Part shown: piece after piece, positions 61,168 to 64,000 of the stretch
Layout of the letters: the number at the start of each line of letters is the position of its first letter
Numbering within the stretch: the first letter of the stretch is position 1
Assembly: GCA_041648575.1 (NCBI GenBank)
Contig: JBAZOT010000003.1
Location: 14,895-78,894 of the forward strand
DNA: 64,000 nt
Source of the DNA: Patescibacteria group bacterium
Lineage (GTDB): Bacteria > Patescibacteriota > Patescibacteriia > Veblenbacterales > UBA10138
Direction of reading: 5' to 3'
Notes under the pieces: generated by a model
Seen by the model: the letters and a program-made list of their open reading frames with translations, nothing else
Databases searched by the model: none
Told to the model about the DNA's origin: nothing
Position numbers and translations under genes: made by a program

Positions 61168-61614
61168 TTAATATTTTAACGAGCGTCTAATTTCTCTATT
61201 AACTTCTCTTTTTTTAATAGCTACTCTTTTATCATATTTATTCTTGCCCACAGCCACAGCAATCTCTACCTTTACCATACCGTGAGTAGTATACACTGAA
61301 ATTGGAACAATTGTCAAGCCTTTAACCCTGCCTTTACCTAATAAATAAGAAAGTTCTTTTTGATGCAAAAGTAATTTGCGATCACGCTTTGGCTCGTAAT
61401 TTTTTTGCACACCTCGGGCTGGTGCATAAGGCGCAATATGAGCGCCCACCAACCATAATTCACCCTGTTTGGGAATAACATAACTGCCTTGCAAATTAAT
61501 GCTACCGCGTTTAGCAGATTTCACTTCTGCGCCCTGCAATACCAAACCAGCTTCAAATTTCTCCTGAATATTGAAGTTAAATAGAGCTTTTTTATTGTCA
61601 GCTAAATGAGGCAT
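61168..61614 (-). CDS. smpB: SsrA-binding protein SmpB
   Basis: ...NKKALFNFNIQEKFEAGLVLQGAEVKS...GELWLVGAHIAPY...RDRKLLLHQKEL. Confidence 0.95.
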   Translation of the reverse strand: MPHLADNKKALFNFNIQEKFEAGLVLQGAEVKSAKRGSINLQGSYVIPKQGELWLVGAHIAPYAPARGVQKNYEPKRDRKLLLHQKELSYLLGKGRVKGLTIVPISVYTTHGMVKVEIAVAVGKNKYDKRVAIKKREVNREIRRSLKY

Positions 61615-61634
61615 AGATTAATAATAACTTTTTA

Positions 61635-61677
61635 ATAAAAAAATGGCCATCCCGTAAAAATTACTAGGAGATGGCCT
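61635..61677 (-). terminator. rho-independent terminator of the 107-aa membrane-protein gene
   Basis: Minus strand: GGCCATCTCC-...-GGGATGGCC followed by ATTTTTTTATT. Confidence 0.7.
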
Positions 61678-61687
61678 TCTAACTTGT

Positions 61688-62011
61688 TTATTCTTTTTCT
61701 TCGCGTTCGCACCGTTCAATGAATCTTCGGATTCGTTCCGAACCGCTATATGCATCATTACTAAATAATATGACACCAATGCCCACGTGTCTAACATCAA
61801 TGGCAGTGGCGGTTATTATCTTAGTAACAACCAGAAGGCCACGAAGATAAATTCTTCGCATCCTAGGTATCAACCAGGTGAAAGGAATAATAATGCAAAC
61901 AACATCAAATGGTGTTGGTAAATTAATGAAACGAGTAGCTGCCACTAATAATAAAATTGAAGAAATGACAGCAACTAGCACGAGGATAAAACGTACAATT
62001 TTATGCGACAT
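61688..62011 (-). CDS. small membrane protein (107 aa), unknown function
   Basis: Two hydrophobic helices. Own terminator. Divergent from the 62363 gene. Confidence 0.5.
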   Translation of the reverse strand: MSHKIVRFILVLVAVISSILLLVAATRFINLPTPFDVVCIIIPFTWLIPRMRRIYLRGLLVVTKIITATAIDVRHVGIGVILFSNDAYSGSERIRRFIERCEREEKE

Positions 62012-62113
62012 TATATGTCCCTTTAATTAAGTTGAACATTTATTTTTTTATTTTTTATTTAAAAGTACAGCTATTTATACTATATCAAATCCCTAATTTT
62101 GTCAATGGTAATT

Positions 62114-62156
62114 ATCCACAAGCTGGCCTTGACAAATTCTGTGGATATGCTATCAT
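62114..62156 (+). promoter_or_regulatory. sigma70-like promoter (TTGACA-16-TATCAT) embedded in inverted repeat ATCCACA...TGTGGAT (candidate operator)
   Basis: -35 at 62129-62134, -10 at 62151-62156. The 7-bp IR arms at 62114-62120 and 62140-62146 flank the -35. Confidence 0.5.
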
Positions 62157-62362
62157 ATAATGTTTTGAAGGTTTTGATTGAATTTTGACAATTGAAAAGC
62201 TCGGTAGTAAAGTCTTGCCTGTGCACGGACAAGGTAACCCCTTTATTATCGGGCCCAATTAGGTGCTAATAATTACTAAAACCAAAAACCCGTTTTTGTG
62301 TTGTCAGTCTTGTGGGTTACAAGATTGAAACAAACAAAAACATATAGGAAGGAAATATTCCT

Positions 62363-63250
62363 ATGGAAAAAAATAACATAAATAACGCAGTAGTTGATGA
62401 GGCGTTGAATGATACAGCGCCGATAACAACTGTGGAACCGGAATCAACGTCGCCTACTCCGGATCCGACACTAGCAATAGATGATCGACCAGAGCCAGAT
62501 CTTGCTCCAACAGGAGACGATCAATCGTGGTTCCAAAAAAATATTCTTTTAATCGGCCTGATTGTCGGGGTCGTGTTGGTGGCACTCATACTATTTGCGT
62601 TTAAGTCATGTGGCGGAGACGATAAGGGCACAAAAAAAACGACAAAGATCGTTGACTCAACAGCCGTAGCTGATTCAACTGCGAGGGCTAAAGCCGACTC
62701 GCTCGTGAAGGCTAAAGAACTCGGCTATCAAAATCTTATTGATTCACTAAATAAGATGCAGCCAATGAATCTATTGGACGTTATTTCTCAACTCGACGTT
62801 CAAGGAAAAATCTGGAAAAGCCAGGTTAAGGCAGTACAAACAGTGACTGGTAATCTTCACCAGAAAGCGCTGGCACTCGACGGCCAATCTAGAGTTGGAG
62901 TATGGGGTCAAATTACCCAAATGTCATCAACACTACCCAGTGTTTCCACTATTCCCGAGATCCTCAACACTATCTCAGCAGATGTTGTTGAGATAAAAAA
63001 GGACATAAAGGAACATCGGAAAGGTGCTCGTGCCTCTCATAATCAAGCGGTTGCCCAGCGCAATGAAATCCAGAACCAACTAGACGATCTGGATACTCAA
63101 ATAACTATGGCTCGTGGTGCACTTACTACTGCCAAAGAAGAGCTCAAAAAAGCTCTTCAATCTGGTGAGCAATCAAAAATTGATAACCAGATGATAAATC
63201 TCCAGCTTCGTCTTGAAGCTCTGGAAAGATTACAGAAAATACATAAGTAA
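62363..63250 (+). CDS. membrane-anchored coiled-coil protein (295 aa); locally GC-rich coding sequence
   Basis: RBS GGAAGG. Pro/Asp/Thr-rich N-terminus, one TM (ILLIGLIVGVVLVALILFAF), then long predicted coiled coil. GC about 48% against about 36% background. Confidence 0.65.
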   Translation: MEKNNINNAVVDEALNDTAPITTVEPESTSPTPDPTLAIDDRPEPDLAPTGDDQSWFQKNILLIGLIVGVVLVALILFAFKSCGGDDKGTKKTTKIVDSTAVADSTARAKADSLVKAKELGYQNLIDSLNKMQPMNLLDVISQLDVQGKIWKSQVKAVQTVTGNLHQKALALDGQSRVGVWGQITQMSSTLPSVSTIPEILNTISADVVEIKKDIKEHRKGARASHNQAVAQRNEIQNQLDDLDTQITMARGALTTAKEELKKALQSGEQSKIDNQMINLQLRLEALERLQKIHK

Positions 63251-63274
63251 CCATCAATAAACATTGAGGTTACG

Positions 63275-63310
63275 AAGGAGTTATCAACGCATAACTCCTT
63301 TTTTATTTTT
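63275..63310 (+). terminator. rho-independent terminator of the 62363-63250 gene
   Basis: AAGGAGTTAT-caacgc-ATAACTCCTT followed by TTTTATTTTT. Confidence 0.85.
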
Positions 63311-63317
63311 AAGCCTT

Positions 63318-63400
63318 AGTGTTTGCCGTCATTGCGATTGTCACCCTACGGGTGATCTCCCGAAGGGACGACTTCGTCACGTTGTTCCTCGCAATGACAA
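63318..63400. other. GC-rich multi-hairpin element closed by 10-bp stem GTCATTGCGA/TCGCAATGAC, followed by 21-nt direct repeat TTCCTC(G/A)CAATGAC(C)AAAAAA x2
   Basis: Inner hairpins TCACCC-tac-GGGTGA, TCCC-gaa-GGGA, GACG-act-CGTC, read directly. Convergent intergenic region. Confidence 0.45.
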
Positions 63401-63450
63401 AAAAATGGTTGTTCCTCACAATGACCAAAAAACGACCAAACGCGTAGGTC

Positions 63451-63969
63451 CTATTTATTTAATATCTGCTCGGCTTTACCGATTAAGTTCTGAGCTTGAA
63501 ATTGCTTTTCTATCAACTCCGCTTTTCCAATCAATGCTTGAGCATTGGTTTTGCTTACCACCAACTTTTCCAAATTCTCGCCAATAGTACCAGAAAGCTT
63601 GCCTTGAGATAATTTATGCCCCAAAGTAGTATCTAATTCTTGGTACAATTTATCAATCATCGCTTGCTGTTCCCCGCCGTAACTGCCCTTAAAACTCGCT
63701 AATGCTGTTTTGGTATCAAGCGACAATACTTTATTTACTAAATTATGATCTTGAGCAGCAGGAATTATTTCAAATCTGCTTTTTAATATTCTCACATAAT
63801 CAGCCAGCTCGGTTTGCGCGTTTTTAGCCAGCTCATAAGTATGTGTCACAGTTTCAGCATCAAATTTATTTTTATCAATAAATTCCACTGCTAAATTTTT
63901 ATTAGTAGCAGGCGACAATAACTTGGTCTGTAATTTTACACCGTCAGTGACGCGATTATGCTTTACCAT
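63451..63969 (-). CDS. hypothetical protein (172 aa), Lys/Glu-rich
   Basis: Intact ORF. No domain recognised. Confidence 0.45.
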   Translation of the reverse strand: MVKHNRVTDGVKLQTKLLSPATNKNLAVEFIDKNKFDAETVTHTYELAKNAQTELADYVRILKSRFEIIPAAQDHNLVNKVLSLDTKTALASFKGSYGGEQQAMIDKLYQELDTTLGHKLSQGKLSGTIGENLEKLVVSKTNAQALIGKAELIEKQFQAQNLIGKAEQILNK

Positions 63970-64000
63970 CTCGTCTACATAATTATAATCAACTTCTTTC

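Noticed and set aside
61618-61800. 60-aa minus-strand ORF.
   Set aside because: Overlaps the smpB terminator hairpin and the 3' end of the 107-aa gene. Unlikely to be coding.

Overview
AT-rich (about 35-40% GC) bacterial chromosomal segment, gene-dense, almost entirely transcribed on the minus strand. Most of it is housekeeping: five aminoacyl-tRNA synthetases (pheS/pheT, metG, glyQS, ileS, argS), secE-nusG-rplK-rplA, a complete F-type ATP synthase operon, gyrB, rplT-rpmI-infC, and smpB with an adjacent tmRNA (ssrA) that I located by its tRNA-like end (G3.U wobble, T-arm, encoded CCA). Small genes, a pilin-like 'RLSDVRQIQTVLEFYF' domain and weak Shine-Dalgarno usage suggest a Patescibacteria/CPR-like organism, but that is inference only. 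Signals the gene calls do not explain: (1) a minus-strand operon in which an HgdC-type [4Fe-4S] ATPase 'activator' plus two HgdAB/DUF2229-like subunits and an atypical P-loop kinase sit between dcd and dut, the best candidate for an undescribed radical-enzyme system, possibly nucleotide-related; (2) a ~140-bp intergenic cassette with 20-bp terminal inverted repeats present twice, each copy exactly filling a stop-to-start gap and contributing an in-frame TTG-TTA-CTG extension before the ATG; (3) a membrane/pilin-like gene apparently inserted between pheS and pheT, bracketed by a 25-bp direct repeat of the pheS 3' end; (4) an ArsR-family regulator and a Cys-rich secreted protein bracketed by a family of perfect 38-bp palindromes with shared outer arms; (5) the atp operon interrupted between atpG and atpD by 540 bp carrying an oppositely oriented small ORF and a GC-rich palindrome resembling a type I-E CRISPR repeat; (6) a membrane-anchored ClpB/ClpC-like AAA+ ATPase co-operonic with GerMN, Gmad2 and FKBP envelope proteins; (7) several GC-rich structured non-coding blocks, and an SDR gene flanked by 14-bp inverted repeats. 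No rRNA or tRNA genes, no CRISPR array and no transposase were seen.
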